Shown: piece by piece, positions 37,804 to 49,700 of the stretch
Numbering within the stretch: the first letter of the stretch is position 1
Layout of the letters: every line of letters starts with the position of its first letter
Assembly (NCBI GenBank): GCA_002470825.1
Contig: DKOR01000018.1
Location: forward strand, 37,198 to 101,197
Origin: Thiotrichaceae bacterium UBA7357
Lineage (GTDB): Bacteria; Pseudomonadota; Gammaproteobacteria; Eutrophobiales; Eutrophobiaceae
Direction of reading: 5' to 3'
DNA: 64,000 nt
The notes under the pieces: model-generated
Databases searched by the model: none
What the model was told of the DNA's origin: nothing
Seen by the model: the letters and a program-made list of their open reading frames with translations, nothing else
Program-made: the position numbers and the translations under genes

Positions 37804-38859
37804 TTGGACGACGAAAATCTAGAACTCTCAGTTGAAGCATACTCCGCCGTGAGGTGGAATGCGGGGATGTTAACCTTACTAGACCAGAGAAAACTACCAA
37901 AAGAGATAAATTATCTTGATTATGATTCAGCAATTACTGTCGCGGTAGCGATTAAAGATATGGTTGTTCGAGGAGCACCAGCAATTGGTATTGCTGGTGC
38001 CTATGCGGTTGTATTGGCAGCACGATCGGCTTGGCAAGAGGCGAAGGAATCATGGCGAGAAAAAATAGAAGGTGATATTCAGAAACTTGTTGCGGCGAGA
38101 CCCACAGCAGTTAACTTACATTGGGCCATTGCTGAAATGAAGGAACTCTTTGACTCAATTGAAGGAGATCCAGAAGCAGCTTTACTAGAGCTGGCTCAGC
38201 GAATCCATTCAAAGGATATAGCCGCGAATTATGAGATGGGACGTTTAGGTGCTGAGTTAATCAGGGCTAATAGTCAGGTGATTACACATTGTAACGCGGG
38301 GGCATTGGCTACGGGTGGTTATGGTACAGCGTTAGGTGTTATTAGAACGGCATTTAAAAATGGGTTAATCAAAAATGTATTTTCATCAGAAACTAGACCT
38401 TGGTTTCAAGGAGCACGCTTGACGAGTTGGGAATTGCAACGGGCTCAAATCCCGGTAACTGTAGTGATTGATTCTGCTATTGCAAGTGTAATGATAAATA
38501 ACAAAATAGCTTGGTTAATAGTCGGATCAGATCGAATTGCTGCGAATGGCGATGTCGCGAATAAGATTGGCACCTATTCTCATGCGATATCAGCTCATTA
38601 CCACGGGGTAAAAGTGATGATTGTAGCACCATCATCGACTGTTGATTTGGAAGTTGAATCTGGTGCGGATATTAAGATTGAATATCGTGGAACAGAAGAA
38701 GTAACCGATTTTAAGACAACACGAATAGCTCCAAATAATATCGAGGCTATCAACCCTGGATTTGATATTACCCCAGCAAAATTAGTCGATGTCATCGTTA
38801 CAGAGAAAGGGGTCATCTATGATCCTGACACAAAAAAAATGCTTGCGTTATTTGGATAA
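37804..38859 (+). CDS. mtnA: S-methyl-5-thioribose-1-phosphate isomerase
   Basis: eIF-2B alpha/beta/delta-like fold, LLDQRKLP, RGAPAIGIAGAYAV. Confidence 0.85.
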   Translation: MDDENLELSVEAYSAVRWNAGMLTLLDQRKLPKEINYLDYDSAITVAVAIKDMVVRGAPAIGIAGAYAVVLAARSAWQEAKESWREKIEGDIQKLVAARPTAVNLHWAIAEMKELFDSIEGDPEAALLELAQRIHSKDIAANYEMGRLGAELIRANSQVITHCNAGALATGGYGTALGVIRTAFKNGLIKNVFSSETRPWFQGARLTSWELQRAQIPVTVVIDSAIASVMINNKIAWLIVGSDRIAANGDVANKIGTYSHAISAHYHGVKVMIVAPSSTVDLEVESGADIKIEYRGTEEVTDFKTTRIAPNNIEAINPGFDITPAKLVDVIVTEKGVIYDPDTKKMLALFG

Positions 38860-38987
38860 TTAAAGTTCGGAAACACTTAATAAAAAGTAAGATATTGGTA
38901 GGGTAAATGGCTGGATTATGTTAGCATATAAAGATAAAAAACTACTATAAACTAAAGCTTTACCATACCCCTTAGCAACAATAAATT

Positions 38988-41528
38988 ATGTCAGATACTG
39001 ATTTCGCACTCACACTTTCACATATCAATATAGAAGACGAAATGCGTCAATCCTATATGGACTACGCCATGAGTGTTATCGTCGGTCGGGCGTTACCTGA
39101 TGTCCGTGATGGCCTCAAGCCAGTGCATAGGCGTGTTTTGTTTGCTATGAAAGAAATGGGTAATGACTATAACAAGCCCTACAAGAAGTCAGCTCGTGTT
39201 GTGGGTGATGTTATCGGTAAATACCATCCACATGGAGATACGGCTGTCTACGATACGATGGTTCGGATGGCTCAGCCATTTTCCTTACGCTATGTATTGG
39301 TGGATGGGCAAGGTAATTTCGGATCTGTTGATGGAGATTCTCCCGCAGCAATGCGATATACCGAAGTACGTATGTCGCGAATTACGCATGAAATTTTAGA
39401 AGATCTTGATAAAGAGACGGTCGATTTTTCTCCAAACTATGATGGTTCTGAGTATGAACCTGTAGTTATGCCGACCCGTATCCCAAATTTACTCGTAAAT
39501 GGCTCCAGTGGCATCGCCGTTGGTATGGCGACAAATATCCCGCCGCATAACCTGACCGAAGTCGTTTCTGCCTGTTTGGCGTTGATTGAGACTCCAGAAT
39601 TAACCATTTCTGAGTTGATGAAGCACATTCCTGGTCCTGATTTTCCAACAGCAGCTATTATTAATGGTTCCTCGGGGATTAGAGAAGCCTATGAAACAGG
39701 TCGTGGTCGCATCTATGTCAGGGCGCGTACTGAAATTGAAGAGAATGACTCAGGTAGCAAAATAATAATTCATGAGCTTCCTTATCAAGTGAATAAGGCG
39801 CGTTTAGTCGAAAAGATAGCTGAGCTAGTCAAGGATAAAAAGGTAATCGGTATACGTGAACTACGTGATGAATCTGATAAGGATGGAATGCGTGTTGTCA
39901 TTGAATTACGTCGTGGTGAAGTTGCGGAAGTCATCCTTAATAATTTGTATAAGCTTACCCAAATGCAATCTGTATTTGGTATCAACATCGTTGCATTAGC
40001 CGATAATAGACCTCGAATAATGAATTTGAAGGATTTACTTGAAGCGTTTATCAGTCATCGTCGCGAAGTAGTTACTCGTCGTAGTCTTTTTGAATTACGA
40101 AAAGCAAGAGCTCGTGCTCATGTACTAGAAGGGCTTGCGGTTGCCTTAGCGAATATCGACCCGGTCATTACCCTTGTTAAGCAGTCTGCTAGTCCAATTG
40201 AAGCTAAGACTAGTCTCTTAGCACAAACATGGGGATCGGGGGCTGTTGTTCAAATGTTAAAAAGTGCCGGTGCGGGTGCTTCAAGACCTGATAATTTATC
40301 CAAAGAATATGGTCTTACTGAGGCTGGGTATCGGCTCTCACCGGTTCAGGCGCAAGCTATTCTTGAGTTGCGGTTACAAAAATTAACTGGTCTTGAAAAA
40401 GATAAAATCTTAAAAGAATACGGTGAGTTATTAGAAGTCATTGCGGATTTGCTAGATATTCTTTCACGACCTGATCGTCTAATGATAGTCATACGAGATG
40501 AATTAAAAGATATTCTTGATCGCTACGGCGATGAAAGAAGGACAGAAATTGTTCATACCCAAGAAGATCTGAGAATGGAAGATCTCATAATCGAAGAAGA
40601 TGTTGTTGTTACGCTCTCACATGCGGGCTATGCTAAATCACAACCAATAGATACGTATCGTTCACAAAAACGTGGTGGACGCGGAAAATCAGCAACATCA
40701 ATTAAAAATGAAGATTTTATCGATAAATTATTCATAGCAAGCACACATGATACGATTTTGTGCTTTTCTAATCGTGGGAAAGTCTATTGGCTTAAGGTCT
40801 ATGATTTACCACAAGCTAGCCGTACAGCACGCGGCAAACCGATCATTAATTTATTACCCTTACAAGATAGTGAGCAGATCAATGCAATATTGCCAATACG
40901 AGAATATGAAGAGAATAAATTTATCTTCATGGCGACGGCAAACGGTACGGTCAAGAAAACTTCACTGACCGAATTCTCAAGAGTACGTGCAAATGGAAAA
41001 CGCGCAATAGACTTAGATGATGGTAACAAGCTTATTGGAGTAGAAATTACTGATGGACAACACGATATTATGTTGTTCAATGATATAGGTAAGGTTGTTC
41101 GTTTTCCAGAAACTCATGTTCGTGCAACAGGCAGAACGGCTAAAGGAGTTCGTGGAATTCGTTTGAGTGGAGATCAAAATGTTATTTCTCTAATTATTGT
41201 TAAAAATAAAGAAGGGACTATTCTAACAGCTACAGAAAATGGTTATGGAAAACGTACTCTGATCGATGATTATCCACAGAAGTCACGTGGTGGTAAAGGT
41301 GTTATTTCTATTCAAGTATCTGAACGTAATGGAAATGTTGTCGGCGCTGTGTCAGTCGATAATGATGATGAAATTATGTTGATTAGTGATCAAGGTACAT
41401 TAATAAGAACACCTGTTAAAGATATCTCTGTCTTTGGTCGTAATACACAAGGTGTACGGTTAGTTAATTTGAACGATACAGAACATTTGGTTAGCCTTGA
41501 GCGGATTATTGAATATGAAGAAGAATAG
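38988..41528 (+). CDS. gyrA: DNA gyrase subunit A
   Basis: 846 aa; [21 protein letters not shown] (Thr at the E. coli Ser83 position, Asp87 intact); catalytic AMRYTE; C-terminal beta-pinwheel repeats. Confidence 0.95.
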   Translation: MSDTDFALTLSHINIEDEMRQSYMDYAMSVIVGRALPDVRDGLKPVHRRVLFAMKEMGNDYNKPYKKSARVVGDVIGKYHPHGDTAVYDTMVRMAQPFSLRYVLVDGQGNFGSVDGDSPAAMRYTEVRMSRITHEILEDLDKETVDFSPNYDGSEYEPVVMPTRIPNLLVNGSSGIAVGMATNIPPHNLTEVVSACLALIETPELTISELMKHIPGPDFPTAAIINGSSGIREAYETGRGRIYVRARTEIEENDSGSKIIIHELPYQVNKARLVEKIAELVKDKKVIGIRELRDESDKDGMRVVIELRRGEVAEVILNNLYKLTQMQSVFGINIVALADNRPRIMNLKDLLEAFISHRREVVTRRSLFELRKARARAHVLEGLAVALANIDPVITLVKQSASPIEAKTSLLAQTWGSGAVVQMLKSAGAGASRPDNLSKEYGLTEAGYRLSPVQAQAILELRLQKLTGLEKDKILKEYGELLEVIADLLDILSRPDRLMIVIRDELKDILDRYGDERRTEIVHTQEDLRMEDLIIEEDVVVTLSHAGYAKSQPIDTYRSQKRGGRGKSATSIKNEDFIDKLFIASTHDTILCFSNRGKVYWLKVYDLPQASRTARGKPIINLLPLQDSEQINAILPIREYEENKFIFMATANGTVKKTSLTEFSRVRANGKRAIDLDDGNKLIGVEITDGQHDIMLFNDIGKVVRFPETHVRATGRTAKGVRGIRLSGDQNVISLIIVKNKEGTILTATENGYGKRTLIDDYPQKSRGGKGVISIQVSERNGNVVGAVSVDNDDEIMLISDQGTLIRTPVKDISVFGRNTQGVRLVNLNDTEHLVSLERIIEYEEE

Positions 41529-41681
41529 CAAAAAGAATAAGAAAACTAATTTCATGTAAAACAATTCTTCTTAATGCTAGTGCACATTCTTATGAAATCT
41601 AAGTGGTAAAATCTTCCAAATGTTCAATTTCATGAAAAAACAGAGTAAATACACGTGTGATTCCTTAACAACTGCTTGTCT

Positions 41682-41699
41682 CTGACGTATCCTGACGTA
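41682..41699 (+). promoter_or_regulatory. Direct repeat CTGACGTA-tc-CTGACGTA (10-bp period) in the pheA promoter region
   Basis: Read directly; about 40-55 nt upstream of the pheA start; no Phe-rich leader peptide present. Confidence 0.25.
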
Positions 41700-41737
41700 C
41701 TTGAAAAACAATTTAAGAAATAATCTGGTGCTGGATT

Positions 41738-42823
41738 ATGTCCGATGATAAAAAACTAGCGCAGCTGCGTGTTGATATAGATGCATTAGATAATCAACTG
41801 ATCCGTCTGATAAGCACTCGTGCACGTCTTGCACAAAACGTGGCAGAGGTGAAAAACGCATCACGAGAACCAACAATCTTTTATCGTCCTGAACGCGAAG
41901 CTCAAATATTAAAAAAAGTAATAGAACAAAATAAAGGCCCACTTTCTGAAGAAGAAATGGCGCGCCTATTTCGTGAAATAATGTCGGCTTGCCTAGCATT
42001 AGAACAAAGATTGGACATAGCCTATCTTGGGCCGAAAGGGACTTTTACACAATCCGCTGCGCTAAAACACTTTGGAAATTCTGTTAAGACGAATGCTTTC
42101 ACTACAATTGATCAAGTATTTCGTGAAGTTGAATCAGGTGCTTCACACTATGGTGTAGTGCCGGTTGAAAATTCAATCGAAGGAGTTGTAAATCATACAT
42201 TAGATATGTTGAATCATTCCAGTTTGACTATATGTGGTGAAGTGGAATTACGAATACATCATCATCTATTAAGTCAGGATGAGTCGTTAGATGAGATAAC
42301 TATTGTTTATTCACATCAACAAGGATTGGCACAATGTAGAGCATGGTTGGATACACATTTAATTAAGGCGGAACGCATTCCAGTTAGTAGTAACAGCGAA
42401 GCAGCACGTATTACCAGCAATAAACTGCATGTTGCTGCTATAGCAAGCAGTATCGCAGGCGAGTTATATCAACTAAATAACCTTGTCAGTAATATTGAAG
42501 ATCAAGCTGATAATACGACTCGTTTTTTAGTTATTGGTAAGGAAGAGTGTAGTGCTTGTGGACATGACAAAACCTCTTTAATTTTTTCAGCACCCAATAA
42601 GCCAGGTGCATTACATAGGATGTTAAGTTGTTTTGCTGATAATGGGATTAGTATGACAAGAATTGAATCCAGACCTTCACGTCGGGAAATGTGGGATTAC
42701 GTTTTTTTCGTTGATATTGAGGGTCATGCCGATGATGAACCTGTTAGAAAAGCATTACTTGAGTTAGAAGAACATGCAGCAATGGTCAAATTGCTTGGGT
42801 CTTACCCTAAAGCTGTATTATGA
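41738..42823 (+). CDS. pheA: Bifunctional chorismate mutase / prephenate dehydratase
   Basis: N-terminal CM domain, PDT domain (VPVENSIEGVV ... TRFLVIG), C-terminal ACT domain. Confidence 0.9.
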   Translation: MSDDKKLAQLRVDIDALDNQLIRLISTRARLAQNVAEVKNASREPTIFYRPEREAQILKKVIEQNKGPLSEEEMARLFREIMSACLALEQRLDIAYLGPKGTFTQSAALKHFGNSVKTNAFTTIDQVFREVESGASHYGVVPVENSIEGVVNHTLDMLNHSSLTICGEVELRIHHHLLSQDESLDEITIVYSHQQGLAQCRAWLDTHLIKAERIPVSSNSEAARITSNKLHVAAIASSIAGELYQLNNLVSNIEDQADNTTRFLVIGKEECSACGHDKTSLIFSAPNKPGALHRMLSCFADNGISMTRIESRPSRREMWDYVFFVDIEGHADDEPVRKALLELEEHAAMVKLLGSYPKAVL

Positions 42824-43050
42824 AAATAGTTATTTTGTCCCAATTCATTTTTACGATAATTGGATCTAAGCTATTCTTATGCATTCTGTATGCAATTTAT
42901 AGCTATTTGAATACGTTCATGAAGAACTTCTCTGTAATGTTCATGTGTTACTATATAAGTGCGGCAATAAAATTTGTGTAGTCGCTTCTTTCCAGAAAAA
43001 TATAGAGCCTCATGTTGAAAAAACCAACTGACTTTTAGGAATAAAATAGT

Positions 43051-44154
43051 ATGTCATGTGATTTATTTTCGCTTACCACACCGGGTGTTGCTGGTCTTCA
43101 GCCTTATCATGCAGGCAAACCCATCGAAGAGCTACAACGAGAGCTAGGTTTGGGTGAAATCATAAAGCTTGCGTCTAATGAAAATCCGCTAGGACCAAGT
43201 CAACAGGTATTAGATACTATTGCGTCTACAAAAAATTTATCACGTTATCCTGATGGAAATGGGTACAAATTAAAGAAAGCTCTTGCTGAAAAACATAAAA
43301 TAGATATCGATCATATTACATTAGGTAATGGTTCAAACGACATTCTGGAAATGGTGGCCCGTACTTTTGTTAATATTGAACATCAGGTTATTTACTCGCA
43401 GCATTCATTTGCGGTTTATCCCATAGTGACTCAGGCAGTGGGTGCAGAACATATTGTTGTTCCTGCTGATGAATGGGGACATGATTTACCTGCCATGTTG
43501 GCTGCGATTACTAATAAAACAAGACTAATGTTTATTGCAAATCCGAATAACCCGACTGGTACATGGATTGATAGTGAAAGTTTAAGACATTTACTAGAGA
43601 ATGTTCCAGGGCACGTTATCGTTTTGGTCGACGAAGCGTATTTTGAATATGCCGCTGTTGAAAAAGACTACCCTGATACTAGTTTGTGGTTGAGTGAATT
43701 TAGTAATTTAATTGTCACGCGTACTTTTTCCAAGGCCTATGGTTTGGCAGGTCTCCGAGTCGGCTATGGCCTGTCTCACCCAGACTTAGCTGGCTTGTTA
43801 AATCGCGTGCGCCAACCGTTTAATAATAATAGCTTGGCACTAGTTGCAGCAGAAACTGCATTGCATGACAAACAATATATCAAGCACAGTATCACAATGA
43901 ATCAAAGTGGAATGCAGATGTTAACAAAAGCATTAGATAGCTTGGGTTTAGGGTTTATTCCATCAAAAGGAAATTTTATTTGTGCTGATTTTAAACAACC
44001 CACAGTAGGAATTTATCAAGCTTTATTGAAGGCAGGTATTATTGTCCGTTCTGTTGCAAACTATGATATGCCGAATCATTTGCGTATCAGTGTTGGTTTA
44101 GAATCTGAAAATATTCGGTTTATAAACGAGCTTACTAAAATAATGGCCGTATAA
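43051..44154 (+). CDS. hisC: Histidinol-phosphate / aromatic aminotransferase (HisC2 type, in the aromatic operon)
   Basis: LASNENPLGPS hallmark; PLP-binding TFSKAYGLAGLRVGY. Confidence 0.9.
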   Translation: MSCDLFSLTTPGVAGLQPYHAGKPIEELQRELGLGEIIKLASNENPLGPSQQVLDTIASTKNLSRYPDGNGYKLKKALAEKHKIDIDHITLGNGSNDILEMVARTFVNIEHQVIYSQHSFAVYPIVTQAVGAEHIVVPADEWGHDLPAMLAAITNKTRLMFIANPNNPTGTWIDSESLRHLLENVPGHVIVLVDEAYFEYAAVEKDYPDTSLWLSEFSNLIVTRTFSKAYGLAGLRVGYGLSHPDLAGLLNRVRQPFNNNSLALVAAETALHDKQYIKHSITMNQSGMQMLTKALDSLGLGFIPSKGNFICADFKQPTVGIYQALLKAGIIVRSVANYDMPNHLRISVGLESENIRFINELTKIMAV

Positions 44155-44157
44155 GTT

Positions 44158-45036
44158 ATGTTGATCGAACATCTTTCTATTATTGGTGTTGGACTTATTG
44201 GTGGTTCGCTCGCTCGCGCCTTGCGTAAAGCAAAACTAGTTAATCGTATTACTGGTTGTAATCGTAATGAGAACACATTAAAGAAAGCGATTGAGCTTGA
44301 TATCATTGATGACTACTCCTTAAACATAAAAGACGCAGTTATTGGTGCTGATGTAGTTGTTATTGGCACGCCACTTTCTACAACTGAAAAAATATTTCCA
44401 CAAATTGTGGCATCTTTAAAACCAAGTGCAGTGTTAACCGATGTTGGTAGTGCCAAAGGTAGTGTTGTCATTACTGCTCAAAAGGTAATGGGTGATAATT
44501 TTTCAAGCTTTGTTCCTGGTCACCCTATCGCAGGTACAGAACAGAGTGGTGTTGAGGCATCGTTTGCAGAGTTGTTTGTCGACCATCGCGTAATACTTAC
44601 GCCTTTAGATGTTACAGATGCTTCTGCACATAAGTTGATCACTAAAATGTGGCAAGTAGTTGGTGCCAATGTGATTAATCTTGATGTTAAACATCATGAT
44701 GACGTGCTAGCCGCGACTAGTCACTTACCGCATATGCTGGCTTATGCCTTAGTTGATTGCTTGGCAGGTATGCAAGAACGTGAGGATATCTTTAAATATG
44801 CCGCGGGAGGTTTTGCTGATTTCACGCGAATTGCCTCTAGTAACCCTGAAATGTGGCATGACATCTGTTTTTCTAATCGCGATGCATTATTAAACTCACT
44901 AGAACTATTTTCCGCACACATCAATAGTATAAAAGGAGCTATTGAAAATTCTGATAGTGAACACTTATTATCGATCTTTAAACGTGCCAAACAGGTTAGA
45001 GATCAATTCACTAAATCCAGAAACCAGTCTGAATAA
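44158..45036 (+). CDS. tyrA: Prephenate dehydrogenase
   Basis: Rossmann IIGVGLIGGSLA, HPIAGTEQSG; separate from aroA (not fused as in Pseudomonas). Confidence 0.85.
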   Translation: MLIEHLSIIGVGLIGGSLARALRKAKLVNRITGCNRNENTLKKAIELDIIDDYSLNIKDAVIGADVVVIGTPLSTTEKIFPQIVASLKPSAVLTDVGSAKGSVVITAQKVMGDNFSSFVPGHPIAGTEQSGVEASFAELFVDHRVILTPLDVTDASAHKLITKMWQVVGANVINLDVKHHDDVLAATSHLPHMLAYALVDCLAGMQEREDIFKYAAGGFADFTRIASSNPEMWHDICFSNRDALLNSLELFSAHINSIKGAIENSDSEHLLSIFKRAKQVRDQFTKSRNQSE

Positions 45037-45045
45037 CAAATCAAG

Positions 45046-46359
45046 ATGAATTCAAATATTAGTTCTAGTTTTCAAATCAAACCGGGAGGTGTCATTTCTG
45101 GACGGATAATTGTGCCTGGAGATAAATCTATTTCACATCGAGCCTTGATGTTGGGGGCTATCGCAGAAGGTAACACAACAATCACAGGTTTCCTACAAGG
45201 TGAAGATACTCTCGCAACAGCAAAGGTTCTTCGGCAAATGGGAGTTAAAATAGAGAATGATGGCAAGCTTGTTCGTATCAATGGTGTTGGGCTAAACGGA
45301 TTAAATGAGAGTAACATCTCGCTCGACCTTGGAAATTCAGGTACGTCTGCTCGTTTAATGATAGGTTTATTGGCAGGTCAAATCTTTGACTCTGAGTTAA
45401 TAGGTGATAAGTCATTAATGAAAAGGCCGATGCTGCGCGTGGTTAATCCATTACGTGATATGAATGCAGAAATTAGTTGTTCGGATAAAGGAACTCTGCC
45501 GATAAATATAATAGGTGGGTGTAAGCTGCATGGGATTGAGTATGAATTACCCGTTGCCAGTGCACAATTAAAATCCTGTTTACTTTTAGCCGGTTTATAT
45601 GCTGAGGGAGTCACAACCATTATCGAGCATCAGGCCACTCGTGATCATACTGAACGAATGCTCAGTGCATTTTCACATCCAATAACAAGACATCAAAACC
45701 GAATATCTATATGTAAGGCTGATAGACTTATGGGAACAGACATAAATATACCAGCTGATTTTTCTTCAGCATCATTTTTTATTGTAGCAGCAACAATAGC
45801 ACCCGGCTCGGATATCGTGCTTGAGAATGTTGGAATTAACCCTACTCGTGATGCAATGCTAAAGATTATGGAACTAATGGGTGCTGACATCAAACTTGAA
45901 AACAAGCGAGAACAATCTGGCGAACCGGTTGCAGATATACATATAAAGAGCAGTGAGTTATGTGGAATCAATATTCCGAAAGAATTGGTGCCTATCGCGA
46001 TAGATGAATTTCCAATAATAATGATTGCTGCTAGCTGTGCTAAAGGAGAAACTCGCTTGTCTGGTGCTGCTGAGCTGAGAGTTAAAGAAAGTGATCGAAT
46101 TCAGTCGATGTTAGATGGTTTTATTGCAACAGGTATTCGGGCTGAAGATACTGAAGATGGTATGGTAATTCAGGAAAGTAAATTTAATGGTGGAGTTGTT
46201 AATAGTCATGGAGATCATCGAATTGCTATGGCTTTTGCCATCGCTGGACTTGTTTCTAAAGAAACAATAGTTGTTAATGATTGTGAAAATGTAGCAACCT
46301 CATTCCCAGGATTTGTTGAATTGGCCCAAAAAGCAGGCGTGAACATCACTTATGTCTAA
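45046..46359 (+). CDS. aroA: 3-phosphoshikimate 1-carboxyvinyltransferase (EPSP synthase)
   Basis: PGDKSISHRALMLGAIAEG, LGNSGTSARLM. Confidence 0.95.
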   Translation: MNSNISSSFQIKPGGVISGRIIVPGDKSISHRALMLGAIAEGNTTITGFLQGEDTLATAKVLRQMGVKIENDGKLVRINGVGLNGLNESNISLDLGNSGTSARLMIGLLAGQIFDSELIGDKSLMKRPMLRVVNPLRDMNAEISCSDKGTLPINIIGGCKLHGIEYELPVASAQLKSCLLLAGLYAEGVTTIIEHQATRDHTERMLSAFSHPITRHQNRISICKADRLMGTDINIPADFSSASFFIVAATIAPGSDIVLENVGINPTRDAMLKIMELMGADIKLENKREQSGEPVADIHIKSSELCGINIPKELVPIAIDEFPIIMIAASCAKGETRLSGAAELRVKESDRIQSMLDGFIATGIRAEDTEDGMVIQESKFNGGVVNSHGDHRIAMAFAIAGLVSKETIVVNDCENVATSFPGFVELAQKAGVNITYV

Positions 46360-47044
46360 TGTGCCCGTAATTACTATTGATGGTCCAAGTGGTACAGGTA
46401 AAGGCACTATTTGTAGCTACCTTGCTGACTGGTTGCAATGGCACTTTCTGGACAGTGGTATTCTTTATCGGGTGCTTGCACTGGCAGCAGAAAGAAAAGG
46501 AATTAATAGCGATGATGAAATTGCAATTGTGACATTGGCAGAAAACTTGGATATTGAATTTAAGAACGCAGGAACCGGTTCTTTAGTGAACATTGAATTA
46601 GATAGGAAAGTGGTGACTGACGAAATTCGTACTGAAATTTGTGCTAGTGGGGCATCTGTCATAGCATCAATCGCAAAAGTTCGTGAGGCTTTGATATCAA
46701 GGCAAAGGGCATTTCAGGAAGCTCCGGGATTGATTGCTGATGGCCGCGATATGGGCACGGTAGTTTTTCCAAATGCGACGTTAAAGATATATTTGACAGC
46801 TAGCGCAGAGAAAAGGGCTAAAAGAAGGTATGAACAGTTGAAGGAAAAGGGTATTAATGCTAACCTCCGCGACCTTTCTGCTGCTATAATTGAGAGAGAT
46901 GAGCGTGATAGCATGCGCCCTGTATCACCCTTAAAGCCAGCAAAAGATGCGATTGTTATCGATACTAGCTTTTTAAGCATTGATGAGGTCTTAGATAAGA
47001 TATCAGAATTAGTAAGAAACGCGATTCCGAAATTGAAAAAATAG
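46352..47044 (+). CDS. cmk: Cytidylate kinase
   Basis: ITIDGPSGTGKGT P-loop, DGRDMGTVVFP. Confidence 0.9.
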   Translation: MSNVPVITIDGPSGTGKGTICSYLADWLQWHFLDSGILYRVLALAAERKGINSDDEIAIVTLAENLDIEFKNAGTGSLVNIELDRKVVTDEIRTEICASGASVIASIAKVREALISRQRAFQEAPGLIADGRDMGTVVFPNATLKIYLTASAEKRAKRRYEQLKEKGINANLRDLSAAIIERDERDSMRPVSPLKPAKDAIVIDTSFLSIDEVLDKISELVRNAIPKLKK

Positions 47045-47137
47045 GTGGCTAATCATTTGTGCTGGATGCCTAGCTTAATATTAACTTAACAGATACATCT
47101 TGCTGAAGTCATAGCAGGATTTTAGGAATTACCCTTC

Positions 47138-48808
47138 ATGAGTGAAAGTTTTGCGGAGTTATTTGAACAAAGTCAAATAGAATCAAAGATGCGTCCTGGC
47201 GCGATAATTAGTGCTGTAGTAGTAGGAGTCAATAGCGATAGCATCATAGTCAATGCTGGTCTCAAATCCGAAGGAATTATACCAATAGATCAATTTTTTG
47301 ATGAGAATGGTGATCTCGAAGTGGATCTTGGTGATGCAGTTGATGTTGCATTAGACTCTATTGAAGATGGTTATGGTGTTACGCGCCTCTCACGTGAGAA
47401 AGCAAAGCGTAAGATTGCTTGGACATTACTTGAAAAAGCACATGAAGATAATGCAACCATCATTGGTATTATTACTGAGCGAGTGAAAGGGGGTTTCACG
47501 GTTGATGTTGATAAAGTTCGTGCCTTTTTACCTGGTTCATTGGTTGATGTTAGACCTGTTCGTGACACTTCTTATCTAGAAGGTAAACCACTTGAATTCA
47601 AGGTTATAAAAATTGATCAAAAACGTAATAATGTGGTTGTTTCTCGTCGAGCTGTGGTTGAAACCGAAAGTAGTGTTGAACGTGATGAACTACTGGCATC
47701 ATTGAAAGAAGGTGCTTTGGTTAAAGGTGTAGTTAAAAATCTTACCGATTATGGTGCATTTCTTGATTTAGGCGGTATTGATGGGCTACTACACATCACT
47801 GATATGGCTTGGAAGCGTGTTAAGAATCCAAGCGAAATTGTGAATATTGGTGATGAAATAAATGTTAAAGTTTTAAAATATGACCGTGAGAAAAATCGTG
47901 TATCACTTGGTTTGAAGCAAATGGGCGAAGATCCGTGGTTAGATTTGACGCGCCGTTACCCAGAAGGTGCTCGGTTACATGGTAAAGTCACAAACCTAGC
48001 AGATTATGGTTGTTTTGTTGAACTGGAAGAGGGTGTTGAAGGTTTAGTTCATGTCTCAGAAATGGATTGGACTAATAAAAATGTGCACCCATCAAAACTA
48101 GTGCATATAGGTGAAGAGTGTGATGTCATCATCCTCGATATAGATCAGGAGCGTCGACGTATTTCTCTTGGTATGAAACAATGTCAATCAAATCCGTGGG
48201 AAGAGTTTGCAGCAACACATAACAAAGGCGATCATGTTGTTGGTGTTATCAAATCAATAACTGACTTTGGAATTTTCATTGGACTTGATGGTGGTATAGA
48301 TGGCTTAGTTCACTTATCAGACGTCACATGGGCTGAGAATGCCGATGAATCAATTCGTAACTTTAGCAAAGGTGAGGAAGTTGAGACTGTGGTACTGGCT
48401 GTTGATGCTGAAAGAGAGCGAATTTCTCTCGGTGTGAAGCAATTGGAAAAAGATCCGTTTTCAAACTTTGTTGCTGAAAATCCAAAAGGTACAATCGTCA
48501 AAGGTATTGTAAAAGATGTTGACGTTAAGTATGTCAACATTACTTTGAGTGATGGCGTTGAGGGAACAATGAAGGCGAGTGAGATTTCTCTTGAAAAAGT
48601 TATAGATGATGCACGATCTATAATTAAGGAAGGTGAAGAGCTGGAAGTAAAAATCACAGCAGTTGATCGAAAAAAGCGTACAATTAATCTCTCAATTAAG
48701 GCAAAAGATTCAGATGATGAGCAGGCGACAGTTAATGATTATGCTCCTGAATCAGGTGGTGGTACTAAATTAGGTGACCTCTTGAAAGAACATCTAGATA
48801 ATAATTAA
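47138..48808 (+). CDS. rpsA: 30S ribosomal protein S1
   Basis: 556 aa, six S1 domains, conserved aroA-cmk-rpsA-ihfB order. Confidence 0.95.
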   Translation: MSESFAELFEQSQIESKMRPGAIISAVVVGVNSDSIIVNAGLKSEGIIPIDQFFDENGDLEVDLGDAVDVALDSIEDGYGVTRLSREKAKRKIAWTLLEKAHEDNATIIGIITERVKGGFTVDVDKVRAFLPGSLVDVRPVRDTSYLEGKPLEFKVIKIDQKRNNVVVSRRAVVETESSVERDELLASLKEGALVKGVVKNLTDYGAFLDLGGIDGLLHITDMAWKRVKNPSEIVNIGDEINVKVLKYDREKNRVSLGLKQMGEDPWLDLTRRYPEGARLHGKVTNLADYGCFVELEEGVEGLVHVSEMDWTNKNVHPSKLVHIGEECDVIILDIDQERRRISLGMKQCQSNPWEEFAATHNKGDHVVGVIKSITDFGIFIGLDGGIDGLVHLSDVTWAENADESIRNFSKGEEVETVVLAVDAERERISLGVKQLEKDPFSNFVAENPKGTIVKGIVKDVDVKYVNITLSDGVEGTMKASEISLEKVIDDARSIIKEGEELEVKITAVDRKKRTINLSIKAKDSDDEQATVNDYAPESGGGTKLGDLLKEHLDNN

Positions 48809-48918
48809 AAATTACTGGTACAAAAGACTCAACTTCTGATAAGATTTAAGAAGAATAACAATAGCTTGGGCGTGTTTTAAATAAGGATTAAACATACGGT
48901 AAGCCAGAAGGTGGATGC

Positions 48919-49218
48919 ATGACAAAATCAGAGCTCATCGAAGTACTAGCAAAGCGAGAATTTCAACTGGCTTATAAGGACGTTGAACTGGCGGTTAAAA
49001 CGATGCTTGAATATATGTCTTCTACACTTTCTACCGGAGAGCGTATTGAAATTCGTGGGTTTGGAAGTTTCTCATTACATTATCGTCCACCACGAGTTGG
49101 GCGTAATCCTAAAACAGGAGATCCTGTCTCATTACCGGCTAAACATGTCCCTCATTTCAAGCCAGGTAAACAAATGCGTGAAAGGGTAAATAGTTGCAAT
49201 AGTCCCATTATTGATTAA
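48919..49218 (+). CDS. ihfB: Integration host factor subunit beta
   Basis: MTKSELIE ... [27 protein letters not shown]. Confidence 0.9.
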   Translation: MTKSELIEVLAKREFQLAYKDVELAVKTMLEYMSSTLSTGERIEIRGFGSFSLHYRPPRVGRNPKTGDPVSLPAKHVPHFKPGKQMRERVNSCNSPIID

Positions 49219-49410
49219 TTACCATTCTAATTTTTATCGACCTATCCGAGAGCAATAGTTTCTTGTATTTTTCTAACAGCCTGCTAGATGTTTATTATCG
49301 ACTACATATTTTTTGATCAATTGACAATCTGATTACGTGTTATAAGTATTGTCATAGTCTATTGCGTATGACCTTATTGTATTAAACTATATTATATTGA
49401 TGGAGGTGAC

Positions 49411-49698
49411 ATGTCTCGTATTGCCAAGTTGATTCTTGTTTTTATTATTTTGATGATTGGATTAACCTTCCATTTGAAAAACAATGAATTAATTGAGTTA
49501 AATTATTATATCGATGTAATTGATATACCAGTGTCATGGTTAGTCGTTATCGTGTTGATTATAGGTTCATTATTGGGACTGTTGGCCAGCTTACCTATTA
49601 TTATCATGTTGAAGCGAGATAAGATGATACTTGAAAAACAAATTAAAAATAGTGAAAAAGAAATTAATAATCTTCGAGTTATGCCGATAAAGGACTAA
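49411..49698 (+). CDS. lapA: Lipopolysaccharide assembly protein LapA (YciS, DUF1049)
   Basis: Two TM helices plus C-terminal coiled coil; immediately upstream of lapB. Confidence 0.75.
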   Translation: MSRIAKLILVFIILMIGLTFHLKNNELIELNYYIDVIDIPVSWLVVIVLIIGSLLGLLASLPIIIMLKRDKMILEKQIKNSEKEINNLRVMPIKD

Positions 49699-49700
49699 GA

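Noticed and set aside
37745-37933. N-terminal 63-codon extension of the mtaD ORF proposed by the ORF track (start at 37933)
   Set aside because: The conserved amidohydrolase N-terminus (MKVDTLINARWIIP) begins at the internal Met. The extension has no homology and would overlap the mtnA coding start on the other strand.
41529-41737. Possible pheL-type attenuator leader upstream of pheA
   Set aside because: No Phe-rich small ORF and no obvious terminator/antiterminator hairpins are present; only direct repeats and a palindrome were found.
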